In this document: one piece after another, positions 1 through 14,650 of the stretch
How positions within the stretch are numbered: position 1 is the first letter of the stretch
Layout of the letters: every line of letters starts with the position of its first letter
Origin: Felis catus
Taxonomy: Eukaryota
DNA: 64,000 nt
Direction: 5' to 3'
NCBI RefSeq assembly: GCF_018350175.1
Contig: NC_058368.1
Coordinates: 78,308,001 to 78,372,000, forward strand
Program-made: the position numbers and the translations under genes
Notes under the pieces: generated by a model
Seen by the model: the letters and a program-made list of their open reading frames with translations, nothing else
What the model was told of the DNA's origin: nothing
The model's database searches: none

Positions 1-197
1 GAGAAAGGAGCATCTGTCCATAGCAGTTCTGAAATCCAGCCAAGCTCGTGCTGGGAATTCCTGGATTCGTTTTCAAAGCTTGGGAATAATTCTCGGTGGC
101 TCTTGGCCTGACTCTCTGTACTCAGTAGTTCTGCCCTCAGACTCATCCTTCCTTCGTTCATGCACGAAGGCTTGTTTGCAGCTGAGTAGTCTTCCAA

Positions 198-842
198 TGT
201 GGGGAGTCAGCTTAGGAATTCCCTGAGCTTGCACCCCTGGGTTAACAAGGTTTAGGAATAGGAAGCCTCAGGATGAAAGCATCCAAGATGAGGTAATCAA
301 GATGAGGTATTCAGGGCAGAAGCAACCCCCCAACTTAGTACAATAGCAGGAAGCTGCTTTCACAGGAAGGAAGGACCAAATTAGGTAAACAGGTAAATAG
401 GGCTATAGACTGCAGCAGGGTCAAGTTTCCCAGAGGAGAGCTAATTAGCAAAAGAAAGGCGCCTTGTTGACCCAGAGGTAGCAGCTCTGTCTTATCCCCT
501 AGGCAAGCTAAGATAAACAGGCTGGCGTCTCACACCTGACATAGACAACCATCTGCCCAGCACCAGGACTTTGTTTTGTATTGACCCAAACCCCTAACAC
601 CGCATATCTTCGAAACCCCCTTCCCGCCCGCCCCCCCACGCCCATGAGTTAATGTTCATGGATTCATTGTCTCTTTGTACACATCCATTACGCTTGTAAG
701 CCTTCTGATCCTAATAAAATCAGAGCAAGGACCCTCACTCAGGGCTCTTGTCTCCTCCAGGACATTAGCCTCTCTCTCATTTTAATCCTGCATCTACCCT
801 CTTGCTGGACAAGAGAGAATTCCAGACCCAGAGTCTACGACA
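198..842 (+). mobile_element. Endogenous retrovirus solo LTR, ~645 bp, class II/ERVK-like
   Basis: Begins TGTGGGG (198), ends ...CGACA (842); perfect 6-bp TSD TTCCAA at 192-197 and 843-848; internal AATAAA at ~713; direct repeat CAAGATGAGGTA x2 at ~284-309. Confidence 0.8.
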
Positions 843-1161
843 TTCCAAGACTGGTTCCTGCCAGTAGAGCTTTGGTGGTTTTCTCTGTTTCTTTCAATCC
901 ATACTGGCAATGATTCTGCTGAAATAACTTTCCGAAGAATCCCGTGGGGTCTCCTGAGGATTTCAGTGGGGTTCTCTCCTCTCAGCAAAAGGCACACAAC
1001 AGACCTTTGCAAGATGAGATCTTCTCTGCTTCAGCCTCCTGCTGAGGTGGTTCCGGAACACAACACAGCTCATCTTCTCGCAGGCCCTGTAGCTTGAGAG
1101 GATCGAAGGCTGTCATCTGAAATCATGCTTGGTGAAGTTGAATAATCTGATCTCAGGTGTT

Positions 1162-1375
1162 TCTTTTTTCTTTTTTTTTTTTTAAGTATATTTATTTATT
1201 TAGAGAAAGAGACAGAGAGTGGGGGAAAAGGCAGAGAGAGGGAGAGAATTCCAAGCAGGCTCCACACTGTCAGAGCTGAACTGCATGCGGGGCTTGAACT
1301 CACAAAACGTGAGATTGTGACCTGAGCCGAAATCAAGAGTGGGATGCTCAACCGACTGAGACACCCAGGTGCCCC
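1162..1375 (-). mobile_element. CanSINE (tRNA-Lys derived)
   Basis: Reverse-complement GGGGCACCTGGGTG head, (CT)n region and A-rich tail; TSD ctcaggtRtttct on both sides. Confidence 0.93.
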
Positions 1376-2229
1376 GAGCCTCAGGTATTTCTGAGGTTAG
1401 AGCAGAAATTGCGCAACCACGCCTTTGGCTTTTTCTGTATGTGACAATTTTGAAGCAATTCATTAATTTCAGTGGACCTTACAGCTGGAGAAGCAGAGAA
1501 TTTTCAAAGTCATGAAATTGTGGTTTCTTTTTGTAAAAAGCAGATTTTGTTTAAAATCTTTTGCGTTTATGGTAAACAGTGAGAACTCAGGTGGCATCAT
1601 GGACACTTTGCTTGCAAGTAGGTATACATCCAAGTTCAGCACCTACACATTCTTCTTTTTATTCAAGTGCAGGAGACAATTTCACTAAGCTTCTGTCACT
1701 ACATAACACGACACCCCTTCCTCCCTTCCTTTTGAGCCCTCATTGGCAGCACCCTTGAAATCCCGATTTCTACCAATAGTCTCCTTGGAGATTTTAGGCT
1801 TTACCCTATAGTGTTTCTTGCATTTCTTCCTGACTGTGCCCATCACCCATTCCTAAAGCCACTTTGTAAGCATTTGTTAAACAGCACCCCGCTTCTGGAA
1901 CCAAAAATTTGTATTAGTTTCCTATTGCCAACTTCTCATCTGAAAGATTAGCTGGGGAACCACCATTTCTGCACTCGTGGTTGTTGCCAGCATGCAGTTC
2001 CCTGGGCACATCCTTCAAAGCCAACACGGGGAGGGAGACTCTCGGAGCTGAGTCTGTAATCACAGTGGTAACAAGACAAGACATTTTGCTTGTATGTGTT
2101 CTGAATATGTGGGCATGATGGAAATGGTTGTTTTATGCCACTGAGGTTGGGGTTGACTTGCTATGCAGTCATAGGAACAGGAACAATACCCAGAAGTCCA
2201 ATTTTTGCCTTTTGGTAAATACATTTTAA

Positions 2230-2471
2230 TTTATTTTTATTTTTTAAAGATATATATATATATATATATGTTTTATTTATTTATTTTGAGAGAGAGAAAG
2301 AGAGGAAGGGAGGGGCAGAGAGACAGAGGAAGAGAGAATTCCAAATCCCAAGCAGGCTCCACACTGTCAGCACAGAGCCTAACGCAGGGCTTGAACCCAC
2401 AAACCGTGAGATCGTGACCTGAGTCAAAACCAAGAGTCAGGTGCTTAACCAACTGAGCCACAAGGGGCCCC
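2230..2471 (-). mobile_element. CanSINE with (TA)n in tail
   Basis: Reverse-complement head, CT-rich body and tail. Confidence 0.9.
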
Positions 2472-2610
2472 AATTTTAAATTTTTTTAAGTGAATGAAAG
2501 TAAATCATGATATGTTGACAAGAATTTTTGCCCATTGTGTTTATTGCTGTTTGCCCAAGTACTTAGATGACACTCATATTTGTAAACGTTTACATAAAAA
2601 AATGTAAGGG

Positions 2611-2823
2611 GGGGCGCCTGGGTGGCGCAGTCGGTTAAGCGTCCAACTTCAGCCAGGTCACAATCTCGCGGTCCGTGAGTTCGAGCCCCGCGTCAGGCTC
2701 TGGGCTGATGGCTCAGAGCCTGGAGCCTGTTTCCGATTCTGTGTCTCCCTCTCTCTCTGCCCCTCCCCCGTTCATGCTCTGTCTCTCTCTGTCCCAAAAA
2801 TAAATAAACGTTGAAAAAAAAAA
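2611..2823 (+). mobile_element. Young felid CanSINE (SINEC_Fc type)
   Basis: GGGGCGCCTGGGTGGCGCAGTCGGTTAAGC head, most CpGs intact, A tail; TSD ~aaaaWtgtaaggg; nearly identical to the copy at 30294. Confidence 0.95.
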
Positions 2824-2836
2824 TTGTAAGGGATGG

Positions 2837-3222
2837 TGCTATGGACTAAATGTGTTCCCTCAGAATCCCTAATCCTTAGAAGCCCTAATCCTTAATCTGA
2901 TACTTGGAAGTGGGGCATGCATGTGTTGGGGGAGTGTCTTTGGGATGTAATTGGGTTGAGATGAGTGAATGAGGGTAGAGCGCCATGTTAGAAGTTGTGC
3001 CCTTATAAGATGAAGAGCCCAGAGCTAGATCTCTCTCTACAGCACGTGAAAATACAGGAGCAAGGTGGCTCTCTGAAAGCCAGAAAGACGGCCCACACCA
3101 GAACTCAACTTTGCTGGCACACTGATCTCAGACTTCCAGCCTCCAGAAACGTGAGAAAGAAATGTTTGTTGTATAAGCTACTTGGCTGATGATATTTTTG
3201 CTACATGAGCTTGAACTGAGGA
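2837..3222 (+). mobile_element. MLT1-type MaLR LTR
   Basis: Starts TGCTATGGACT; contains the typical ...CTGATCTCAGACTTCCAGCCTCCAGAA...GAGAAAGAAATGTTTGTTG motif. Confidence 0.8.
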
Positions 3223-3646
3223 GGGAGAATCAAGAAATCAGCCTTAGACAAGAACCTGAAATACCTTGCTAAAAATTCTTCAGTGCATTTTTCCTGAGCA
3301 CCAGATACAACGCATGTTCTGCAGTGTAGCATTTGAAATCATTCAAAATTTATCCTAATTTACCTATACCTCTCCCTCCCACCTAAATTTGAATGTTTTA
3401 CAAACACTCACTTTCCCCCAAATGTTTGTACTCCCCATGCTTGTATTTATAACCTTCCCTCTGCAAGGACAAACCCTCCATACCAATATGCCTGAGGGAA
3501 TTCTACTTATGGTTCCAGAATGCACTCCCTTATTAACCCCCATTGGATTAATGAACCCCCACTGGGGAGGCCTGGATAAGAGCAGCAGATAAAAGCTGGA
3601 GAGTTTTTCTGTATGCTGGGCACTATAATTCTGTTCTCATACATGC

Positions 3647-3855
3647 TTTTTAAAAATTATTTCAAGTGTATTTATTTTGAAAGGGAGAGCAGATGAGTGG
3701 GGGGAGGGCAGCGAGAGAAGGAGAGAGAGAATCCCAGCAGGCTCTGTACTGTCAGCACAGAGTCCCACGTGGGGCTCAACCTCATGAACCAGGAGATCAT
3801 GATCTGAGCCAAAATCGAGTTGGATGCTCAACCGACTGAGCCACCCAGGTGTCCC
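3647..3855 (-). mobile_element. CanSINE, inserted in a MIR-like fossil
   Basis: Reverse-complement CanSINE; degenerate TSD tgttYtcataYat. Confidence 0.9.
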
Positions 3856-4589
3856 TGTTTTCATATATTCTGCGTGAGGTAGATACTGTTTCCATTTGAA
3901 AGTTTAGAAACTAAGGTTTAAGGAAATTGTGATTTGCTCAGACAACAGAGACAATTGGTGGCAGAACTGGAGTTGAGCCCAGGAAAACTAGATTCTAAAA
4001 CTTGTATTCATTTCATTACAGCATATGGCTTCCAGGGAATCCATCATTCTTTCATAGGGAAGCACTTTCTTTTGTATTCCAATTATTTTTATCTTTCAGG
4101 AGTTCCTTAAAAGCAGAGACTGTCTTGTTCATTTTTTCACTCCAATGACTATCAAGGAGAGTAAGAACTTAATATATATTGGTTGAAATTGAATGGGAAC
4201 AGTTTATAAAATAGCTCTAGTGCTCAAAGAATTTCATATTAGATATTTTAAAGCTATGTCCAACCTACTTCCCCCAAAGTAAGAGTTCCAAGTTTCCAAG
4301 CCAGACCCGTTCACTCTAATGCCAGGTAGAGTGCATGCCTATGATGCCTATGAAGCAGTTAGGGTAGCCACTTGATCTTCAAAGAAGGTGCCATCAGCCA
4401 CAAAAATAAAAACAAAAAAAACAAAAAACAAAAAAAAAAAAAACAAAAAGCAACTCTTTCAGGATGGTGATAAGTCATCAGGAATGCAGAAAAAGGCGGA
4501 GTTCTTGAACAGTGTCTTGTCCTGCCTGCTTTCTGGCAAGAACACATAGACTTGGAGAAGAGCAAAGTAGGCTTTTCAGTATAATTCAG

Positions 4590-5700
4590 AGAATTTATTC
4601 CATTAATATTTATTGAGTGACCAATTACAACAGTGAACAAAACATACCGAGTGACTTCATTCATGGAGTTTCTATTCTAGTGGTAGGAAATAAAGGTGCA
4701 GTGCTTTGGAAAAAATAAAGCAGAATGAAGGGATGGTGTTGGGGTGTGGGTGGGGGAAAATACACCAGCCCTGAATGAAGTTCAAGGAAAAAGCACACAG
4801 ACAGATGAGACTACAGTGTGGTGAGCAAGGGGGTAAGTGATAGGAAATCAAGTCAGAGAGCTAACAGAAGATGGGTAATCGGGGCCACCTCCAATGGACC
4901 ATTTATGACTTTGGAAGTTATGAGTGATGGAGATTCAGTAGTTTTGGTTAGTGGAGGAACATGAATTGACTGCATCTTTGAAAGTAAAAGTGAGTGTCCT
5001 CAAGAGCTGACAGTAGTGGAATAAGAGTGCAAAAGGGAAGGCCAGTGAGAAGGTGATGGTGGTCTGTGAATAATGGTGGCAGGTTACTGGGAAAAGTGGT
5101 GAGAGGTCATATTCTGGATTATTTGGAAGCTCCAGGCAACAAGATTTTCTGTGAATTCGAAACATGAGAACAGACGGAACCAAGGATGACAGCATGGTTT
5201 TCAGCTTGAGCAGCTGGGTGAATAGATGCACCATTTTGTGAGGAGGGGAACACTGGGGAGGAGCGTTAAGTGTATTGCAGAAATCCAGAGTTCTGAACAG
5301 AACACTTGTGAATTGTTAGGTAATCTAAATGACTGCAAAATAATCCTGAGGTCTGTAAATAGGACAGTTGTTCAGACTGAGTGGTGAGCACGTGCATTCA
5401 TTACACCATTCTCTTTCATATTTTAAAATGTTTTCTATGAGAAATATTTTATAGTTCTAGTTAGACACATTAAGTACGAGAGGTTCATTAGACTTCATGT
5501 GGAGACGTTATGTGGATACATACACGAACTGAAGTTCAGCAAAGAAACCAGGGCTAAAAATACATGGGAGTTATCAGCATATTTAAAGTCAGGGGATGGA
5601 TGAGAATGTGTAGAGAGTGAGTAAAGACAGAAAACAGGTCCAGTACTAAGAAAATGAACTCCCCAACATTTAGAGATGGGAAAGAGAAGAATCTAGAAAG
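4590..5700 (-). mobile_element. L2 LINE fossil (degenerate)
   Basis: TATTTATTGAG...ACAGTGAACAAAAC...CATGGAG..TTCTATTCTAGTG 3'-end signature followed by purine-rich L2-like sequence. Confidence 0.6.
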
Positions 5701-5756
5701 GCATTTTGCCAAGTTTTTGAAATGCGTATCCATTTACTAAAAAATATGTACCTTTG

Positions 5757-5985
5757 GGGGCGCCTGGGTGGCTTAGTCGGTTAAGCATCCGACTTCGGCT
5801 CAGGTCATGATCTCGCGGTCCGTGAGTTCAGGCCCCGCATCGGGCTCTGTGCTGACAGCTCAGAGCCTGGAGCCTGTTTCGGATTCTGTGTCTCCCTCTC
5901 TCTCTGCCCCTCCCCTGTTCATGCTCTGTGTCTGTCTCAAAAATAAATAAACGTTAAAAAAAAATTAAAAAATAAATAAAAAAAT
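5757..5985 (+). mobile_element. CanSINE (SINEC_Fc type)
   Basis: Full head, body and tail; long TSD aaaaatatgtacctttg on both sides. Confidence 0.95.
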
Positions 5986-6462
5986 AAAAAATATGTACCT
6001 TTGAATCAGCAATTCCATTCTAAGGATGTATAAGAAACAAACAGGACTAGAATACACAGACTACAGTACAGATTGATTACAATGTTCGTTAGGAAAACAA
6101 AAAGGTGGCAAGGTCAAATAACCTAGAAGTCGAACAACAATGGGCTAGCTGAACACATTACACTACATTCAATGGTATAGTGAACAGCAATTTAAAGTAA
6201 TGTAGGCATATTTTAGTGGCCTGCCTGTAATTCTCCCACTGAGAAAAGCTGATCAAATAAAACATTATAGTTTTACACTTTTCTGTTACACTGTAAACCC
6301 ATGTTTTGTGCTTTCCTTACCATCAAAAACCTGAAGGAGTGAATGTTACTGTCTTTGGTGGTAAAATTAGGTACTTTTCTTTCCACTGCACTTACTGGTT
6401 ATCTACTTTGTAGTTTTTCTCAATAGGTATTATAAAAATATGCAAGTTTAATTTTTAATACA

Positions 6463-6694
6463 TTTTTAATTTTTTTTTTAATTTTCTTTTTGAGAGAGAG
6501 AGAGAGCGACAGAGAGAGAGAGCACGCACATGAGCATGGGAGGGGCAGAGAGAGAGGGAGACACACAATCCGAAGCAGGCTCCAGGCTCTGAGCTGTCAG
6601 CACAGCCCTGACGCAGGTCTCAAACTCACCAACCGTGAGATCATGACCTGAGCCAAAGTCGGATGCTCAACCAACTGTATCACCCAGGTGCCCC
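6463..6694 (-). mobile_element. CanSINE
   Basis: Reverse-complement full-length copy; TSD ~aagtttaa(a)tttttaata. Confidence 0.93.
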
Positions 6695-6848
6695 AAGTTT
6701 AAATTTTTAATAAAGTTCATTCAATAATATGAAACACAAAGGACCTCAAATAGGAACCTGATTTGAATCAGTCAAAAATTATAGATACCACAGTATTTAA
6801 TCTGATTGAAATAACTATTACAAATTGTCTCAAAATAAATACATCATA

Positions 6849-7025
6849 GGGGTGGCTCAGTTGGTTAAACATCTGACTCTTGATTTCACCTGAGGTCATG
6901 ATCTCACAGTTCCTGAGTTGGAGCCCTACATCGTGCTCTGTGCTGACAACGTGGAGCCTGTTTGGAATACCCTCTCTCCTCCTCTCTGGCTCTAGCTCGT
7001 GCTCTCTCTCAAAATCAATCAATCC
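6849..7025 (+). mobile_element. CanSINE, older and slightly 5'-deleted
   Basis: GGGTGGCTCAGTTGGTTAA...GTCATGATCTCACAGTT...GGAGCCTG, (CT)n and degenerate tail. Confidence 0.85.
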
Positions 7026-7061
7026 ATCAACCACCATAAATTTCAATAGCATATTAAATAT

Positions 7062-7067
7062 TTTATT
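7062..7067 (-). terminator. LIG4: Probable distal LIG4 polyadenylation signal (AATAAA)
   Basis: TTTATT on plus strand at the far end of the repeat-free AT-rich ~1.07 kb after the stop codon, just before SINE sequence begins. Confidence 0.6.
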
Positions 7068-8118
7068 TAAATTAAGAAATAAAGTTACATTTGTTCCACC
7101 ATTTCAATAAAATCTCAAACTACTTACAAATAATCTATACACAGTTCCTTGGGTTCCATATTTTAAGTATTTCAAAGGTGTCATGAAAATATATTTTTCA
7201 AAATGAATACACTGTATTCCAAAATTTAGTACATAAATGCAGACATAATATATATTATATACACTGAATTTAAATAACCTAAGATAAAAATCATTTTAAA
7301 TAGAGCAATTTACCTCTCTGTAATGAAAGTCCCAACACATAGGCTATTTTGACATGTGGATTACATCTAGGAAAATCACTCTTTGTGAATACTATTCATC
7401 TTGGAGTAAAGCTCACATAAAAACATGGTCTTTGAAACATGCTCTATTTTAGAGAAACAATACATGTGGGCCCAATACTTGCAAAATGGTAACTCAAACT
7501 GATCTAATTTTAAGTTTTTAGACCATCAAGTCTCATTCAATTTCCCCTAATTTACCTAGTTACATCAAATAACAGGTTTCATTCATGAGCTTGCCCTTAA
7601 CCCTAAAAAACAAATTTGTTTACAACATTTCACACTTTGAAGAATTTTAGTCTTCAATTTAAGATATATTTTTATAAGTCTATAACAATTCTTCTTTCTT
7701 GCAATGCTTTATTATATAACAACTATTAAAATTTTTATTTGACTCCAGAAAATCCATTTAGATCAATGCTTTTAATGACTCTAAAAGCTTCTGAATGTAT
7801 TTTATTAATATTGGAGTCAAAATTCTAGATTTCTATAGGGATATTATATCAACACCTCTTCTTTAAACTGTTTATCTCATCTTGGTTTTAAAAGTCATCA
7901 AATATTACACTGCTAAAAGATTTTTTTCTTTCTTGGCTTTGGGCTATTCAGGGTCTTACCTATCTCAAAACTTAAAAATATTGTTTTCCTATTCTAATAA
8001 TACCATTTAAGCATAAATTTGAAGGGATAAAAACAAAATGTAGTTTAAAATTTTATCTTTACCACCTGTTACGAAGTGTCCACCAGATCACAGGCTTTCC
8101 TCACTAGAAAAGCTAGCT

Positions 8119-10878
<2,760 letters not shown>

Positions 10879-12084
10879 TTAGCTAATAAGGAAAAAAGAA
10901 GAACTTTAAGTCAAAGATAAACTTCAACTGAATATTTAACGTAAAGACTTCACAGACAGTGCTTCGTTCGTGATAAAAGATTTATCAACATATGCAAAAT
11001 GAAAGTGAACCAATGCTTATAAATTCTGTCCCTTTTCCACCTCTACGTTTAATGAAAATCAACTATTTTACTTCAATTCTATTCCGTATTTATTACTAAA
11101 AGTATCAGCAGCCCCACTCACTACATTAGCAATATTGAAATCGACTACCTCGTCTTTCTCCGTAAACTCCAACTTCTATTGAATTAACTATTCCGTTCCT
11201 TATTCAGTGCAAGATGCAAAAGAATAACAACAGAAAAAGAAGGCTCAATGCATTTCATTTCTGGCCTTCTGAGGTAAGGCCTTTCCTTTTATTTCTCCTC
11301 TTTTTCTGTCAGACTACCACACAGCCTCAGAAACAGATGTTTCTAACAAACCACCAGCTCATGGAATTGAATTTGGCTCTGCAGGAAGTTTGGACTCCTA
11401 CACAGGTAGGAGTTCACCACAAAAAAAAAGCCCAAAAAACAAACAAACAAACAAACCCCCCCCCCCCCAAAAACAGCTACCTTCTTCTTTAGGCCAAACA
11501 AAGCCTATGTCTGTCTGTGTTCACTTTCACATCACCACTAGCTTTACCCAATCATTCCAATCAATATTCAAAACCCAACTCAAAATAACTTCCACATGAA
11601 ATCCTTACTTGACTTACCTCTTCTAACTATTTTGTCTAACTATTTACAGCTTCATAAATTTAAATTCAGTAGTACATTTTTTGGGTTCATACTCTCATCT
11701 CATGCCTGTTACCCCTAACAATTCACTGACCACATATCCACCAGGCACCGTGCTATGTTTCTGCTTTCAGAGAGCATATGTTCTGTAAAGAAAAAGGGGG
11801 TATGATGGGAACTAATTACAAAATGCTAAGTGCTGTAACAAAAGTGAATTGTCACGAGGCAGTTGTCCACTGAAGTATCTTCTAAAGTCAGACGAAATAA
11901 TGAGTACCTTGCTGGGCTAGGGTCTAGACTATTTCCTAAAGTGGTCACCACAAGTGTGAAATTTCCTGAAAGTTTTAAATATTCATGCAAGTCCTATTAG
12001 AGTCTATAAGATATCAGAGCTACTATGTGATGTAAACCATAGAACACTAAAATCAACTAACTTTTCCAAAAAAGACTTCAAGAA

Positions 12085-12260
12085 GGGGCTCCTGGGTGGC
12101 TCAGTCAGCTGAGCATCCAACTCTTGATTTCGGCTCAGGTCATGATCTCAGGGTCGTGAAACCCAGCCCCGTGTCGGGTTCCATGCTGAGCGTGGAGCCT
12201 GTTTAAGATTCTCTCTCCTTCTGCCTCTCTTCCGCACACACACGCACTCTCCAAAAAAAA
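12085..12260 (+). mobile_element. CanSINE, older carnivore-wide type, in LIG4 intron
   Basis: GGGGCTCCTGGGTGGCTCAGTC head with TCTTGATTTCGGCTCAGG...CAGGGTCGTG variant, short CT region and A tail. Confidence 0.9.
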
Positions 12261-13362
12261 CCAAAGCCTTCACGTAAAATGTGTGTTCTGGGAATAAAAA
12301 CCATGTTTTATCTTGTGGTTTCAGACACCTCCTGGTACATCCCCGTCAAGCCTCAGAGCAGCTGCACAGGGAGGAGGGAGCCCCGTAGCGGTCTCAGGGA
12401 CGGTGAGATTCCCCCACAGCAGCAAACAAGCCACAGGCACCATCAGTACGAGGCTATGTTGCCTAACATCTGGCGTAAGAAATCACATGGCTGGTTATGG
12501 TACAGCCGTTACTACCCCACCAGTCTCCTGAGGTCAGGAGTTGTAATTTGTGTCAGTAGTGCCTGGCACTTAGTAGGTTTGTTTGCTGAACGAATTACTC
12601 AACATCTAGAGTAGAGTTCCTGGAAAAGCACACGAGAAAAGGCCAGGGGCTGATTGCATTCACTCCCCACTATGCCTGGTGGGATTCAGTCTGGTCAAAA
12701 CCATTTAGCAGCTATGACTGCACAGGACAAGTTCCACAACAGCCATTTGGTGGCCTTTAGGGGAAAAGGCTCCACTTCTCAGTCGAATTCCTAACAAAGG
12801 AAACTCAACTTCTGTTGGGTCAGTTAAGACCAAGAAATAAACCCATGAGAGACAACTTTCCTGAGACTTTTGTCTTTGAATACAGTAACTGCTTCCTCTT
12901 GAGGTGTCTTATCAGCGTAACGGACTGAACCACCTGCTTATGTTTACTGTCTTACTTCCCAAAACATGCCCCCTTAAGTCAGTACGCTGTGGTATATAAT
13001 GTTATATTTACAACCCATATATGATGTATAAAAAATGAAGAATGTTGAGAAATTCTTCTTTGAATGTACAAGGTGGGAATACAGTTTCCGATCTATCTGA
13101 ATATTCTACTTGGTCTCAGTTTCCTTCAACAAGTTCCAGGCAAAGACTCAAATTACTTTATAACAACACTGAAATCTAGGTAATGGGGCGGACACCCATG
13201 TATGCCAAAACTGCTACAAATACAACAAGGATTCCAAAACTAGTAACAAATGAACAGCTTTAAATATTTTTACTCATAAAATTGTACCACTGCTTTTACA
13301 TGTTCCCTAATTTTATCTTCTGGATTCTGGGTTTGTTAGTTGATGTTTTTGACTTGTGGTTT

Positions 13363-13590
13363 GTGGTTAGGGTTCAGGCTTCACAGAGTCCAATGTTAGT
13401 TCAATTCTAGACTCAAAACTTAACAGCTGTGTGACATGGGGAAACCACTTAATTTCTCTGAGAGTCAGTGTCCTTAAGTGAAAAATGGGGTTAATAACCG
13501 CAGATGGTAAGAAGAGGATGAACTCAGATAATTTACATAAGGTACTTAACACAGTAGTTGGTAGCTGGTAAATCCTTGATCAATTTTAGG
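13363..13590 (+). mobile_element. MIR SINE
   Basis: Core ...AGCTGTGTGACATGGGGAAACCACTTAATTTCTCTGAG...TCAGTGTCCTT...AAAATGGGGTTAATAA. Confidence 0.8.
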
Positions 13591-14373
13591 ACTATACTAC
13601 TTGTTGACGCAAGTAACATTTAAAATATAAATATTATAAAATATTAAGGAAATAAGGGAGGGATATGCTTCGCTTTTTGATAAAGAATAAGCAACTTTCA
13701 AGAGAATGAATACAGATCATTGATATTACAATAATGACTCATCGTCCATTCAGCAACTGCCTATATTATCCTAAAGTGACACAATGAAACATACCAGCAA
13801 GGTTGCATTCAGTGAATATGACGCTTTAGTGCTATTTTACTGCAGAGAAAGTGACTGGTACAATTTAAGTTTCCTTCCTGCAGCCCCTTCAAGAAGATGC
13901 GCTTCCCTGTGAGACAAGGGGTTTACAGCAGCCTTTATACACTTGTGATATTTGGGGAGACTCTAACCGGAGAGAAACTTGTGATAGGAAAAAGCCAGAA
14001 GGCTGTGGGAGCCAGGAGGTTGACAGAAGACGAAAAGAAAGAAGAGAAATAAGGTGGTTCCCTCTAAGGATACTGTATCTCTCTCCAACTGCACCGGGAC
14101 AGGCCTGCAAAATCTCTGGAGGGGTCCACACCACTCCCTTAACCCCGCAAATAAAACCCGCAACGGATCCGGGGTGAACTCGCACCGGCTTGGGGGGAGG
14201 GGGTCCCTAACACCAGACAGTCCGCAAACACAGCATCACAGCAGCCAGCTGCGTTCCCGAGAGGCAGGCCCCTCGCCCCCGCATCCCAAGGGTGCGGGTC
14301 TAGACCCAGAACCCCGAACCAAAGACCCGGCTTCCACCGCAGCGCGGTCGCCAGGGCGGCCCGCGACCCTCAC

Positions 14374-14442
14374 CTGCGACTCCGGCCGGGGCGAATGGGC
14401 CGAAAGACTTCCTGTCCCGAAACAAGAAAAAAACTTTAAAGA
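14374..14442 (-). other. LIG4: LIG4 non-coding internal 5'-UTR exon (69 nt)
   Basis: Minus-strand acceptor ttgcttatAG (AG at 14444-14443) and strong donor CAG|GTGAGG (intron begins 14373); no AUG inside. Confidence 0.7.
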
Positions 14443-14529
14443 CTATAAGCAATCGGTGGGCCGAAAAGACGCGGGGTGGTCCCCTCCGGCTTGGGTCACC
14501 CCAGCCCAGGGTCTGTCTGCCAAACGTAC

Positions 14530-14650
14530 CCCACCCCGGTTCGCTCCGGGGACTCCGAGCCCCCTCCCGGGCCGCGCAGCCGCACAAACACCCCACAGGA
14601 CGCGAAGCCCCAGGTGCGTTCTCCAAACCGGAAGCCGCAGTCCAGGGAGC
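14530..14650 (-). other. LIG4: Probable LIG4 proximal first exon (5' end approximate)
   Basis: Minus-strand donor GGG|GTACGT at 14530/14529, downstream of the NRF1/ETS motifs; gives an 87-nt intron to the 14442 acceptor. Confidence 0.5.

Larger units (their letters stand above)
1..1760. mobile_element. Old ERVL-MaLR (MLT-type) internal-sequence fossil, interrupted by a solo LTR (198-842) and a CanSINE (1162-1375)
   Basis: Degenerate resemblance to recalled MLT-int consensus; sequence reads continuously across both younger insertions. Family and boundaries approximate. Confidence 0.4.
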
